From contig BCGN01000008.1 in the NCBI GenBank assembly GCA_001599295.1, positions 744,001-808,000 of the forward strand: 64,000 nt of DNA, written 5' to 3'. Source of the stretch: Sporopachydermia quercuum (taxonomy: Eukaryota). Below, in pieces: positions 12,006 through 23,399 of this stretch. The position numbers and the translations under genes are program-made. Each line of letters opens with the position of its first letter. Position 1 is the stretch's first letter. The notes beneath the pieces are model-generated. The model was given only the letters and a program-made list of their open reading frames with translations, was not told where the DNA came from and did not search any database.

Positions 12006-12428
12006 TCACTTCTCATCCTTCTTCAACAAATTCTTCACTTTGCTCATCAGACTTTGTTTCAATTGTTCCTCTTCCTTTCTTGTTGCCATAACATTTCCAT
12101 ATCCACCTCTTCCAACAGTAACATGAGATTCCATAGTTGGATTTTCTCTTGAGATAGCAGGAGATAGAGCAGCAGCAGAAACTACGGGTGAAAGGCTATC
12201 GCTAACAGGTGGCACTTCGTCAACATCTTGAGCAATTCTGGCTAATACCTTATCATCATTTTTATGCATATTACCTGCTCCACCTCTACCTGTAGAATAA
12301 ACTGTTTGGGTGATTTGAGGTGTTTCAGTTCCTTGGGGAATGATCTTTGGTGACGGAATTTCTTTTCCATGAGCAATATTTCCTGCTCCTCCTCTTCCTG
12401 TTGAATAATAGACATCCCCGCTTCCCAT
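12006..12428 (-). CDS. PAR32: Par32/Amu1-like (DUF3602) protein with GRGGAGN repeats, 140 aa
   Basis: Three motifs: STGRGGAGN twice and VGRGGYGN once. Convergent with GLT1, as PAR32 is in S. cerevisiae. Confidence 0.8.
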   Translation of the reverse strand: MGSGDVYYSTGRGGAGNIAHGKEIPSPKIIPQGTETPQITQTVYSTGRGGAGNMHKNDDKVLARIAQDVDEVPPVSDSLSPVVSAAALSPAISRENPTMESHVTVGRGGYGNVMATRKEEEQLKQSLMSKVKNLLKKDEK

Positions 12429-14313
12429 TATGACTATGTTGTTGATATGTTNTAATTATGATTAACCTGAAATAGGTGATTTAACCCCGATGAACTTGAC
12501 GTTTTCTATGTCTCTTAATATGAACGGTTAGCTTCTATATTCTTATATCAAGAAGAAGAGTAGAAGGCAATCAAAGAAAAGGGAGATGTTACGAGTAATG
12601 AGAGTCAAAGAAGAAGAGGCTCGTGCTATTATATTTTTATTTTATCAACAAGAACATAGGACGCAGAATCAAGGAATAGGGTTAAAGTTAGAGTTGTAAG
12701 ATAATGAACTGGAAACAAAAGCTTAAACTTAAGTCTTCCAAAACACGATTCAGGACAAGAATAGACTATGTCATGGTAGAAAACTCTTGGAAGAATAGAA
12801 TTTAAATGTATAAATGAATCAATGAAATGAAGTCAAATAAAACAAGAAACAGCTAAAGGACGTTTCAAATTAAGGACTTGGATGACTATTCAACAATTGG
12901 AGGTACCTCTATCAATAGGAATACAATCTAGGCTACGTATCATTCCGTCTTGGCCATACTGCTTAGAAAAGAATGCCGCCTACTTTGGGGTATCCTAGAT
13001 ATACCTTGTAAAAGAAGTTGATTAGTCAAAACAAAAAAATAGAATAGTAGGAAGAAAACGATCGGAATTTGAAATAATATAAGTCAATTCGATTGTGTAT
13101 ATGCTCCAGTATTGAGCAAATAGAATATCATTTAGCGGGGTGGAGTGTAAGTTTCCCGCTTTTCTAGAAGGACATTTTGTACGACTTATTAAACGTCTCT
13201 GTATGTCATGACATGCATTTAGATGCATTCGAAAGGACTTTGAACTGCAACGCAACAGTACAAGAACATTATTTACTACTATGTTTTAATCATATTATAC
13301 AAGTTGGATTATTTAGATACCATTTAGATTGATTTATAGATTGGAACTAATGACATTGATAATGTTCAAGCATTGCATATACNNATTTTTGTCAGCACGA
13401 GTTCTATGGTGCTGTTTCTTACCTATCAATGTATCAATCAAGTGAAATGTGTGTGAAGAGCTAAAATGACGTTCTTACAGTTGAAAAGGTTTCCATGCAT
13501 AAAAGATAAAGAAAGCTTCTTCTATCATCTGGCCTCCCCATCAATCACTCTTCTCATAATATTTACCATCAAAGTTCAGAAATATACAAAGTATCTCACA
13601 ATTAAATTTCAAATGTAGCGCAATATCTCCAAGATCTTCCCAGAAGTAACATTCCCCATTATTTTTGCACACAATTATTGTATATCTACAATCCCACCAC
13701 TCTTCTTCTATGTGCTGTTTAGCTAAAGTTAAGAAACTTAAACCCTAATATAACCTTATTCGTAGCATCTTTCGTCCACAATCTGACTTAAAGCTGACAT
13801 TTTACTTATCAATGATTTCTTGTCACACTTCTTGGCAGTCGTTATCGCGATTTATAGAAGGACGATGAATATGAATATGAGTATGAGGACTAATGATTTC
13901 AACTCATCTGATTCTTTTTATTTGTAGGAGAAATTTCAATCATCATGTCACTTGCTTATTATAGACTTAGGAAATATTTAAAATAACACTTTATATTGCA
14001 CATGAATTTCAGTTATCTAATGTTAGTCAAAGTATGCGTTGATTCTATCTATATATAAATAAAGAGGAACCAGTTAATGCCTTTGCTTACTATTGATGAA
14101 GTATAAGCATATATAATATAAATAAGAAATGAACGAAATCATTATTAACGAGCAAAACTTTACAAGTATAAGTATAAAACCTCATTGTTTAGTTAATCAA
14201 ACCTCCACAAGTTCAATTAATGTTATGTTCTCAATAATATAAGACAACATAACATTTACGCGACAAACTATTGAAACGATAAGTAACACACATCAACTCA
14301 ACGGTTTTTCTTC

Positions 14314-16053
14314 TTAATTTCTCCTTTCCAGCAAGTATTTTTCAATGAGATATAAATCCTCACCATTTTGAAAATGGACATCCTTGTTATGAACTGTTAC
14401 TTTTCCAAAATTCTTCTTATAATACTCATCAGCAATTTTGTTGGCAAAAGTATTGTAGTTCTTAATCATCTCTTCTTTCTCCTCGCCCAACAAAAAATGG
14501 ACTTCTTCTATCTCCTCTATCTCCTTTCCATTATATCCTACTACAAAACCTTCTTCAACTTCTGTTATTTCGATATTTTCCTTCGGTATGAATGGTGTCA
14601 ACTTCTTATCATCAATAAAGAACCTTCCTTTATTGCTTCTATCATCCACATCAACAACAAATTTGACAGTATCTCTATCAATTCCAATCAGTTTGATTAA
14701 GTCATAGTTAACACCGAATTCCTCTAATTCTTCTTTGGAATAATCGCTCAATTGAAATCTCATTTCAAGTGAAAGTTCACCTGTGAGATATTTATTTATT
14801 CCTTCATTATCTTTCTCTGACAATTTAAATGGAATAAATCCATAATTGTAGTAAAAGGCTCCTGGATTAACGCTAGGATTATAAGTTATGAACAACTCCA
14901 CATCTTCGTCATCTTTGACATTTTCTTCAGCAAATTTATTACCACTGTAATATAATCCCACTGAATTATCTCCATTAACTTTGAAATAACAGTTTCTTAG
15001 CTCTGGCTCATTTGAGTGGTTTGCAAAATCAATCATTGGAACTAAACCAACAAACATTGAAATCTCTTCCCGTTGATCTTCCTGTTTGGTACTATCATCA
15101 ACCTTATCATGGCGGATCAATTCTAGTGATCTTGACCTAATAATACCATCACTACGATACACTGATGCTATATCAATCCACTCTGATACCATATCACCAT
15201 AAGTTTTCGAATCATCACCATTCTTCAAACTCTCCTGAATTTCTTCGAACAATGAATCTAGAACCGCTTTCTTTTCTATCTCTGATTCATAGACTGAAGT
15301 ACCTTCTAATCCAACTTCACTAACTTTTGGTATACCAGTTGCTTCTATAATCTTCAGATACTCATCAAATTCTCTTAACGGTGAATAACTTGAATAGCTT
15401 AAATCATCTCTCATAAGTTCATAAAGATCTTGTGTTATATCTTCGTCATCGGGTAACTTCCCATCTTTCAGTATCGTAAACACTTTTAAAGATCGATAGA
15501 CTGAACTTGATCTAGACAATTTTGGTTTCCCTCTAGCAAATTGTAAGTTTCTTAAGGTTGAAAGATAATCTTTCTTGGCTTGAATGAAAAATAAGGAACA
15601 AATAAATAAAGTAAGAAAGTAGTGCTCATTAGCGTTTGGCATAACAGATAAGAACGATGCAATAATAGCTTTCTCATTTAATAAGCTATTGATTTGATTC
15701 AAAGAATCACCATCATCATTTATACCATTCAGATCATTATATTTCTGGATAACCTTTTTCCTTATCTCAGTTCTTTTATCCATGAGTTGCATCAACTTTA
15801 CAATATTTGACAGTCCAATAACCATATCATTAACCACATTTAATACTTCAAAGTCTTCACCATCTTGCACATCTTTCAAACAAAGTTGTAGTTGCTTCTT
15901 ATTAACAAACAGTCCAAAGTTATCTTTATCCTCTTTACTACTATAAACTGTAGGTTTTAGATGCATATTCAATGAACCAACACTGTTGATACCTCTCGAT
16001 TCAAGAAGCTTGTTTGCTTCATTTTGAATCAAACCTTGAAAGAACCAATTCAT
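14314..16053 (-). CDS. SET-domain protein lysine methyltransferase, probably cytochrome c lysine N-methyltransferase (Ctm1-like), 579 aa
   Basis: SET signature LVPMIDFANHS...ELFITY. Size and domain position resemble Ctm1, but the sequence is divergent. Confidence 0.7.
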   Translation of the reverse strand: MNWFFQGLIQNEANKLLESRGINSVGSLNMHLKPTVYSSKEDKDNFGLFVNKKQLQLCLKDVQDGEDFEVLNVVNDMVIGLSNIVKLMQLMDKRTEIRKKVIQKYNDLNGINDDGDSLNQINSLLNEKAIIASFLSVMPNANEHYFLTLFICSLFFIQAKKDYLSTLRNLQFARGKPKLSRSSSVYRSLKVFTILKDGKLPDDEDITQDLYELMRDDLSYSSYSPLREFDEYLKIIEATGIPKVSEVGLEGTSVYESEIEKKAVLDSLFEEIQESLKNGDDSKTYGDMVSEWIDIASVYRSDGIIRSRSLELIRHDKVDDSTKQEDQREEISMFVGLVPMIDFANHSNEPELRNCYFKVNGDNSVGLYYSGNKFAEENVKDDEDVELFITYNPSVNPGAFYYNYGFIPFKLSEKDNEGINKYLTGELSLEMRFQLSDYSKEELEEFGVNYDLIKLIGIDRDTVKFVVDVDDRSNKGRFFIDDKKLTPFIPKENIEITEVEEGFVVGYNGKEIEEIEEVHFLLGEEKEEMIKNYNTFANKIADEYYKKNFGKVTVHNKDVHFQNGEDLYLIEKYLLERRN

Positions 16054-17076
16054 TTTGTTTGATTATTTGGCTCTATCCTTTTATGCTATTAATGAAGAAA
16101 CTGTCGATATCTATTAGTTGATTATTATTCTATACTTCCAAAGAACTCACAAATATATTCAGATATATGATAATAACAATAATAATTCCTTTTTTGTTAA
16201 TAAAGATTAAATATCAATTTATTAAACATAATTATATTTATATTATTAACAAAGGTCACTTGAGGAAAGGATTTTTTATATACGTTTTTCCTTTTCTCGT
16301 TTCATGATGTTTGCGTCTTTTAATTTTCACACTAGAAATTTGGGGTAAAAGTTTAAACTGTGCATGACATTATGAGTATGTGAGCTAATGCAGAGTATGC
16401 AGAGTGTATGCACTTCAAGTAACCTTTTTTCCCGAGCAACTAATGTTGTAAGACAGAGAGAAGAGAGAAATCAGGAACTATATGAATACTAATTGTGTGT
16501 AAATCAGAAAGAATTTATATGGTCTTGGAGGCTTTTGTACAAGAAATATTTGGTAATCAGTGTCAATAAAGTTAAACTCGCTTAAAAGGTACTTGCTCAA
16601 TTCAAAAGAAACAACCAATTGGATAGTTAGGGTGGGACCAGTAAATTGCAGGCATGCAAAAGCATATGTGTAATCTGACAGATTAGTAGGAATTTGAAAT
16701 AACAAATACAATAACAACTATAGTTTTGAAAACGAGAACATTCAACAAATGAAAGAAATGAGCNGATTTATGAAGAAAATTTTCTGAATACTAATTCGTA
16801 TATTAATACATAAATACCAATTTGAGAATAATAATGACATAATGAGAAAAGCTGATTTCAAGTTGCCTTAATACGTAAAGTAACCTCGTTGCATAACTAT
16901 ACATCAAATATGCATATTTATTTGCTTTATCCTCTTCTCATATAACACGATCATACATACTATCATACTGATAAATACATTATTATAATACATAGTATAA
17001 CACATATACGTACAGAAAAGAAACATAGAAATAAATCGGAGCCAAATTATTGTCTTCATAATCATTTGATATGAAA

Positions 17077-20000
17077 CTATATCTCCTCAATTCTTCCTCT
17101 ATCTGGATGCTCATGAGTTGTTCCAGGCCAAGCTGAAATCTTCTTTGGTTTGGCGTTAGAATCAGAGCTATTTTCATCGTCTTCTTTCTCCAATTCATTA
17201 TTCAACATCTCCCAGTCTGACAAATGATTATTCTTTATTTGATCTATCTTCATTTTTATAGATTCGTTTAATGCTTCTACGATTCGTGCTCTTAATAACT
17301 GATTCTGAGGATTCAAAGATGTGCTCATTACCTTTCGAAGATCCCTAATTAAGGAAATCGAACTAGGTTTATGAACATCGTCAAGAGAATCTTCGGTCTC
17401 ATTGGTGAACCTATCAATCGACTTCAATAGCAACAAAGCGGCATAGTAAATCATCAGATGAATATGCATAGGAACATACGGTAATGAATCAACAACATCC
17501 TTATCGGTAGTTGCCATTCTCACTATGGTTCTAGCTGCTGACAATGCAATACTATGACTAACATAAGAATCATCAGGATCACCAGAAGTGATACGTATCA
17601 TTTGATTTCCATTCGATTTCAGCTCATCTAGTCTAGGTACTGACTCTTGAATATGCAAATCACGGATTGTCTTTGAATTAATATGCATTTTGGCGAAGTT
17701 ATAGTGAATTAACGTAGATTTGGAAGCCCAAGAGTTACCAAACTCATTAAAAATGGTCGGCATAAGCATGCAAGTCCAAGAAACCATCCATTTGTCTAAC
17801 TCCATATTAGTACTCCAAGGAATTCCTAACGCTTGAGGGGTAATTACATTCCAAGAGAACTCGTCAAAAATAGCTCTGACAGCTTCATTATATTCAACCT
17901 GCGATACTAATCTCATGTCAAAATATGTTAATCGTGATATTTTGTTTATGNAGTCATCTTTATTACTATTCTCTTTCTTCTGATTAGTGACTTGAGAACG
18001 ATTGGTTAATTCAACTGAATGTCCTGCTTTTGCTGGTAAGTTCATTATTTTGCTCACCTGCTGACCTAATTGATCTACAGTGCTTAGATTAGTTAAAAGC
18101 TTCCTGCTCTGAGATGCAGCACGATCATACTTTCCTATCATCGGTGCCTTGTTATAGATAAGACTTTGTTGCCCATCAAGAATATACAACAAATACCAAA
18201 GCTTTAATCGTTCTTTTGCTTTCCGTTTACTCTTTTCTTCCTCTTCTTCACTAAGTAGCTTTCCAACTTCTTGCCTTTGCTGAACAGATAGAGGAATATG
18301 GAGATTCAAATTCATTGCTATTCTCATAGCTAAACTTGTAAGCATGTGCATATCAGGAATCCAGAAACCAGCAATACATAAAGCAATAATAGTTTCGATA
18401 TCTTCACTTTCACTTTTCGATTGGGTGAACAGTGTACTTTTTGCTAGATCCTCTAAAGTTCTTTTCAAAGGCATGAACATATGATGCAAAGAAGGATGAT
18501 GAGCAGAGGCAACCGAACATATAGCCGCAACCAGAATTGGCGAGGTATGCCAAACTCGTGATAAGGAATAATCAGCTACTCTGAAACCAAATAAATGCGG
18601 CGATATCTTTTCATCGAAGAAAGCAAACAGTTCTGATGCATGATCGTACGTCAAAGTTCCATTTTTCCTAAAATCTGTCTCAATATGTTCATCAACCACT
18701 ACGGGACTTGTAATTGCTGATATACCTGGTTTGGTATCATTATTGCTATTATTCGAGTTGATAATATTACCAGTATTAATGTGGTCATCGTCATCCTTAT
18801 CACTATCATGGTAGGCAACAGTGCCATCATTATACCTGGATTCCGGTTGTTTGCTTCTTTTCCTTCCTAGGGACTCATTGCTTGGTTCTTTTGATATTAT
18901 AGCCGAGCTTTCTGCAAACGAGCTTCTTCTTCTTCTTTTATTGATATTTATTTCTAAGCCCGGTTCTCCATCACTTGATTTATTAGCAAAATTAAAGCTG
19001 TTTTTACTACTAGCTGTTGCTTTGGATACTACATTTGCAGAGTTTCCTGTAGATGTAGATGCAGACCTGTATTCAGATTTCGTATTATTAGATGACTTGT
19101 GGTTAGTCGCATCTGTAGTTGATATAGGCTTGCCACTTGGATTGACCTCTGCATAAATACTATCTCTACTTTCACTGCCACTACCAAGACTGCTATTGTC
19201 AGTAATATGGCCTGTAGAAGCAGAGACATCATTTTGCTTTTTAGAAGGCCTATTGTGATGCTCGGCAGAAGAAGACGAACCAAACATCTCAGCGTCAAGA
19301 AGGAAAGGATTATCTGCTAACGATGCCAGATCCTTCATTGATGGAGACGTTGATAATTGTCCTAATGTCTGCGACATACCGAAAGCATCATCAAATGCAG
19401 GAAGATTTGAATACTGCATCCTTTGAGATTGCATATCCGGTTGTAATAGGCCAATAGATGAATTTTGATATGGTAAAGGCGGCATTTGAGGTTGGCTTAA
19501 CATGTTTAGTAGATGATTCACTTGTTGAGTACTTGATGATGGCTTAACGTCAGAGTAACCGCTAGGAAATGAGAAATTATTACTAGGATCCAATCCGAAG
19601 TTTAAATCAGATTCTAAATTCGCCAGCCCGGTGTTTCCTGGTTGTTGTGCGATGTTACTTCCCGAAGAGTGTGCAGAATAATTGGAATGATCAATACTAT
19701 GAGGGTTTGAAAATTTAGCCATTCGACTATATAAACCTGTTGGAACTTCTCTATTGATCTGTTGAGCATGGCCATTGATATTATTATTAAGTTTATTGCT
19801 ATCTTTTTGAGTGGGGAACAGATTAGAATTTCGGGCATCAACGGTTGGAGACGGTTGAGAGTAATGGCTATGAATATTGGCATTAATATGTGTATTTTGT
19901 GGAATAGGATGCTGGTGATGTTCAGGTAGCTGTGGTTGGCTATTTTGGTCTGTTGTTACGGATGTTGACTGATTTTGTACTGCAGCTGCCTTTGTCATCA

Positions 20001-20397
20001 ATAGACCTAGAATATTATCCAACGTTGATCCGAAGTTTTCTAATCTATCTTCAACAGTTGAGATCCATTCAGAATTCGGCAAATGATGTGAAGCTTCAGT
20101 ATTTGAAGGATTTGCAACTGAGGAGGTTGTATAAGTAGGAACTTTCATTTCAAACACGCATTGTAGTCCGCTGTTTTTACACCTTTTGCAAGGAGCGCTT
20201 CCATCGTGTTGACATTTGATTTTCGATTTCCTGCATTGTGTGCAGGCTTTCATTGCTCTTCCAGCCATTCCACTACCTTTGCTCTGTTTGACTGTTGATT
20301 TTGGTTTGGATTTTATTGACCAATTTGATATCAAAGATGATGGAATCTTCCCTGAGGAAGAATCCAAATCTGAAGATCCAGGAATCTCTTTCGACAT
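17077..20397 (-). CDS. Zn(II)2Cys6 transcription factor, Urc2/PriB-like, ~1106 aa
   Basis: Binuclear cluster ACTQCRKSKIKC-6-CKRCKNSGLQC; fungal TF middle region (RLKLWYLLYILDGQQS, RLVSQVEYN, ELDKWMVSW); C-terminal SAWPGT. ATG at 20397, after a poly(T) leader. Confidence 0.88.
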   Translation of the reverse strand: MSKEIPGSSDLDSSSGKIPSSLISNWSIKSKPKSTVKQSKGSGMAGRAMKACTQCRKSKIKCQHDGSAPCKRCKNSGLQCVFEMKVPTYTTSSVANPSNTEASHHLPNSEWISTVEDRLENFGSTLDNILGLLMTKAAAVQNQSTSVTTDQNSQPQLPEHHQHPIPQNTHINANIHSHYSQPSPTVDARNSNLFPTQKDSNKLNNNINGHAQQINREVPTGLYSRMAKFSNPHSIDHSNYSAHSSGSNIAQQPGNTGLANLESDLNFGLDPSNNFSFPSGYSDVKPSSSTQQVNHLLNMLSQPQMPPLPYQNSSIGLLQPDMQSQRMQYSNLPAFDDAFGMSQTLGQLSTSPSMKDLASLADNPFLLDAEMFGSSSSAEHHNRPSKKQNDVSASTGHITDNSSLGSGSESRDSIYAEVNPSGKPISTTDATNHKSSNNTKSEYRSASTSTGNSANVVSKATASSKNSFNFANKSSDGEPGLEININKRRRRSSFAESSAIISKEPSNESLGRKRSKQPESRYNDGTVAYHDSDKDDDDHINTGNIINSNNSNNDTKPGISAITSPVVVDEHIETDFRKNGTLTYDHASELFAFFDEKISPHLFGFRVADYSLSRVWHTSPILVAAICSVASAHHPSLHHMFMPLKRTLEDLAKSTLFTQSKSESEDIETIIALCIAGFWIPDMHMLTSLAMRIAMNLNLHIPLSVQQRQEVGKLLSEEEEEKSKRKAKERLKLWYLLYILDGQQSLIYNKAPMIGKYDRAASQSRKLLTNLSTVDQLGQQVSKIMNLPAKAGHSVELTNRSQVTNQKKENSNKDDXINKISRLTYFDMRLVSQVEYNEAVRAIFDEFSWNVITPQALGIPWSTNMELDKWMVSWTCMLMPTIFNEFGNSWASKSTLIHYNFAKMHINSKTIRDLHIQESVPRLDELKSNGNQMIRITSGDPDDSYVSHSIALSAARTIVRMATTDKDVVDSLPYVPMHIHLMIYYAALLLLKSIDRFTNETEDSLDDVHKPSSISLIRDLRKVMSTSLNPQNQLLRARIVEALNESIKMKIDQIKNNHLSDWEMLNNELEKEDDENSSDSNAKPKKISAWPGTTHEHPDRGRIEEI

Positions 20398-20416
20398 TTG
20401 AAATAAGNTTCTTATC

Positions 20417-20441
20417 AAAAAAAAAAAAAAAAAAAAAAAAA
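20417..20441. repeat. poly(dA:dT) tract, 25 bp
   Basis: Uninterrupted A run about 20 nt upstream of the Zn-cluster gene ATG. Confidence 0.95.
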
Positions 20442-21520
20442 CCTTTCCCCCTTTATTCTGCTTCGCCAATTCAATCAAATGCTGTCGATGTTGTAAATCC
20501 TTCTACTATAGCAACATAACCTAACTAATCCTGTTTAACGAGATGGTGAATAGTGGTATGTCATGTCATTATCTTCATTATCTTCTCTTCATGAGCACTA
20601 GACAAAGCAAAAACTAATCGTTATAATCCCCTTTTCTAATACCTACTAAAATTGCCTATTGATCTTCTGTCACTGGTTCTTCCTTTGTACTATAGCCTTG
20701 CTCGGCTTCCTATTGCCCTTATCGTGTGCAATCAAAACAATAGGACACAAAAATCATTCATTAATAAAACGATTGAAAATCCTGTTGATAGCATCATCAA
20801 ACGTGTCGTCTCGTCATTTTTATTTAATAAATAAGAGGTCTATTAACATATTGATATATCGATACGTAAAGCCATCTTTTGCTAAATCAATGCTCAATCT
20901 TCAATCTGTAGGGCCTGTTGTAAAAAAAAGCTTAGGTTTCGGAATAATTATTCAGCCAGACACACTAGATGCTCTTTAGTAATAAAAAGAAATGACGGCG
21001 GAAGAAGTACCTGATACTGGACCATATTTCCGGTTCTAAGTTTAGGTAATGAGACATGTTGTCTGTTGAGTACTCGACCCCCACGCTTTTGAGTGTGCTT
21101 TTGAGTGTGAGGGGTTTGGAAATTGAAGATAGTGAGTATTTAATGGTTAGCTTTAATTTTTCAGATAAGCAAGATGAAAAGTGGTATAATGCCATAGTGT
21201 TTTGCCGGGTAGATTTTAGTATCACTTACTGAGGTTGCTGGTGCACTCAGAGTTTTTTAAAAAATTAAGATTATTAGCTATAGGATTAGATTGATCTTAC
21301 ATGTAATTGACTGTACGAAAGTAAGGAAAGGACTTGACGAGGGGAATACAGAAGACCGACATGATAACCACCCACTGGATTTCTCCACATTTTACCCCAG
21401 CATTATGATTAGATAGATGTTGATCGATCAATGAGATCCATCCATCGATCTCACTACTCAGAATTTGAATTGAAAAAGCTAAATAGTCATATTTGTATAA
21501 TTTCCTTGGCTAACTCCATA

Positions 21521-21991
21521 ATGCCTACAACTCAAGCATTAGATAAATTTTTCAGTCCAACTAGGATTTATGCTGTTTTAGGAGCATCTAATAATCCTAA
21601 CAAGTTTGGTAATAAGATTCTTCAATGGTACGCAACCAGGAAGTTACCAGTTGTTCCAATCAATGCCAGGGAGGTTAAAATTGATGGAATTCCTGCTTTA
21701 AATGCNATACAGGATATCGAAACAAGTGTATCGAGTTATGCATCAACTAGTCAGACACCTGATGGTATAAGTGTAAGTGTTGTGACGCCCCCAAGTATTA
21801 GCACAGATATTGTTGCAGGGTTAAATCCTGAAGGAAATCTTCCAGTAAAAGCACTATGGTTTCAACCTGGATCTTATGATTCTATTACTTTAGAAAAAGC
21901 TTATGAAAGAAGAATTCCAGTTGTGATTGCTGATGGGAATTGTATTTTAGTACAAGGAGATAGTTTTAATAATGTCACATCAAAACTATAA
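21521..21991 (+). CDS. YccU-like CoA-binding (Rossmann) protein with C-terminal PTS1 (-SKL), 156 aa
   Basis: YAVLGASNNPNKFG, VVPIN, SVVTPP, LWFQPGS and CILV are typical of the CoA_binding_2/YccU family. Ends TSKL*. Likely start is ATG 21521. Confidence 0.88.
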   Translation: MPTTQALDKFFSPTRIYAVLGASNNPNKFGNKILQWYATRKLPVVPINAREVKIDGIPALNXIQDIETSVSSYASTSQTPDGISVSVVTPPSISTDIVAGLNPEGNLPVKALWFQPGSYDSITLEKAYERRIPVVIADGNCILVQGDSFNNVTSKL

Positions 21992-21995
21992 GGAA

Positions 21996-23080
21996 TTAAG
22001 GCAAACTTGCTGTTTCGATCATCTTTTTGATGTATTCTTTCCATGTTTCATGATTATTGTTGGTAACGGTTAACGTATAAGGAAATGGAGCAATATTGGT
22101 AGTTGTAATTGGTGGTATATGATCCTTATACTTATTTACTGTTTCAATTATAGATAAAACAATGTTTCTGAATTGTGTTGTGGTTCTTTTCAATACTCGA
22201 TCTAAAGAAATGAAATAGAAGATACTGTTAGTTACGTGGTTATTCATAGAATGATAGTAAATAAATTGAAAACAGAAGTTTCTTACCATTAGTATTACCA
22301 TTAGAAATGCATCTGACGTTCAGAATCCATGTTTCCCAACAAACTTCCTCTTCGGTTTTACCAAACCATGTAGGTTTTTTTACTCTTCTTTTTTCAAAAA
22401 ACTGTAAAACAATTTGACCAAATTTGATGCCACTACCAGAACTTTCGGAGATCACAGGACTGTTAATGTTACTGTTTACAGTGCTTGAAGTATTAGAAAT
22501 GGATCTTCCTATTCCAGTTCCTTTTGAACCCACATTACTACCATCTGTTCTTATCCTACCTAAATCCAAATCATCGAATCCAAATGCTTTTACCGGGTTT
22601 TTATGTTCTGGAACTCCAGCGTACTCATCTAAGAGATTACCAGTAGAATTGTTACTACTGATGGTTTGATTTTGTGGATTATTGCTATTGTTGTCTATTG
22701 TTCTCATTAGTTCTTCAACCGTATCATCCAAAAGCTGTTCCAATTCAGGATACATTATCGTTGGCTGCACTTGATAGGTTAGACTTGCCCATGATTTCTC
22801 TATTCCATTCNAAGCTTCTCTTACTTGGACTACTTGGACACTATCAATCGTAACTTACGTATGACACATCTAGAAATTCTTTGGTTACCGGCTCAATAGG
22901 ACCAAAAAGCCTATGAAAGAATATTACAGAGAATATCGCTAGATTTATTGTTAATATCAAATCTTCTTATGTCATATCACTGCATTTCCTCAGTTATACA
23001 ATATTCCGCGTACCCTTAACAGCATCTTGAACTGTTGATCTATCAGTTGTAATCTCATACACGAACTCCATATCATTCAT
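21996..23080 (-). CDS. ATG101: Autophagy protein Atg101 (HORMA), 276 aa; exons 23080-23014, 22938-22859, 22764-22287, 22201-21996
   Basis: Spliced product contains IFFHRLFG, the WF finger (KPTWFGKTEEEVCWETW) and KDHIPPI...PFPY. Three GT-AG introns (75, 94, 85 nt) with branch motifs keep the frame (831 nt total). Confidence 0.93.
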
Positions 23081-23399
23081 ACAGTACCAATCCACTCGAG
23101 ATGCTGATGCCAATTGTAACGAAGCAGATCCTAATTTTCAATCAGATAAACACACAGCAAAGAAACAGCTTATTTACGCTGCATTCAATACTGTCAATTA
23201 GCCAATATATCAGGTGTACACAACCACTTGCATTGACACCAACAACTAAGGTTTCTGAGTAATTCAAGATGTCTCTCTTCTAACTTATTAATCAGTTCAC
23301 CTCAACAATTGTCAGGAAATCTGGGAGTTACTTTTTTTGTATGTTAGCGATATTTTAAATATAGAATAATAAAACAACCAAACAGCTATCGAAGTAACA

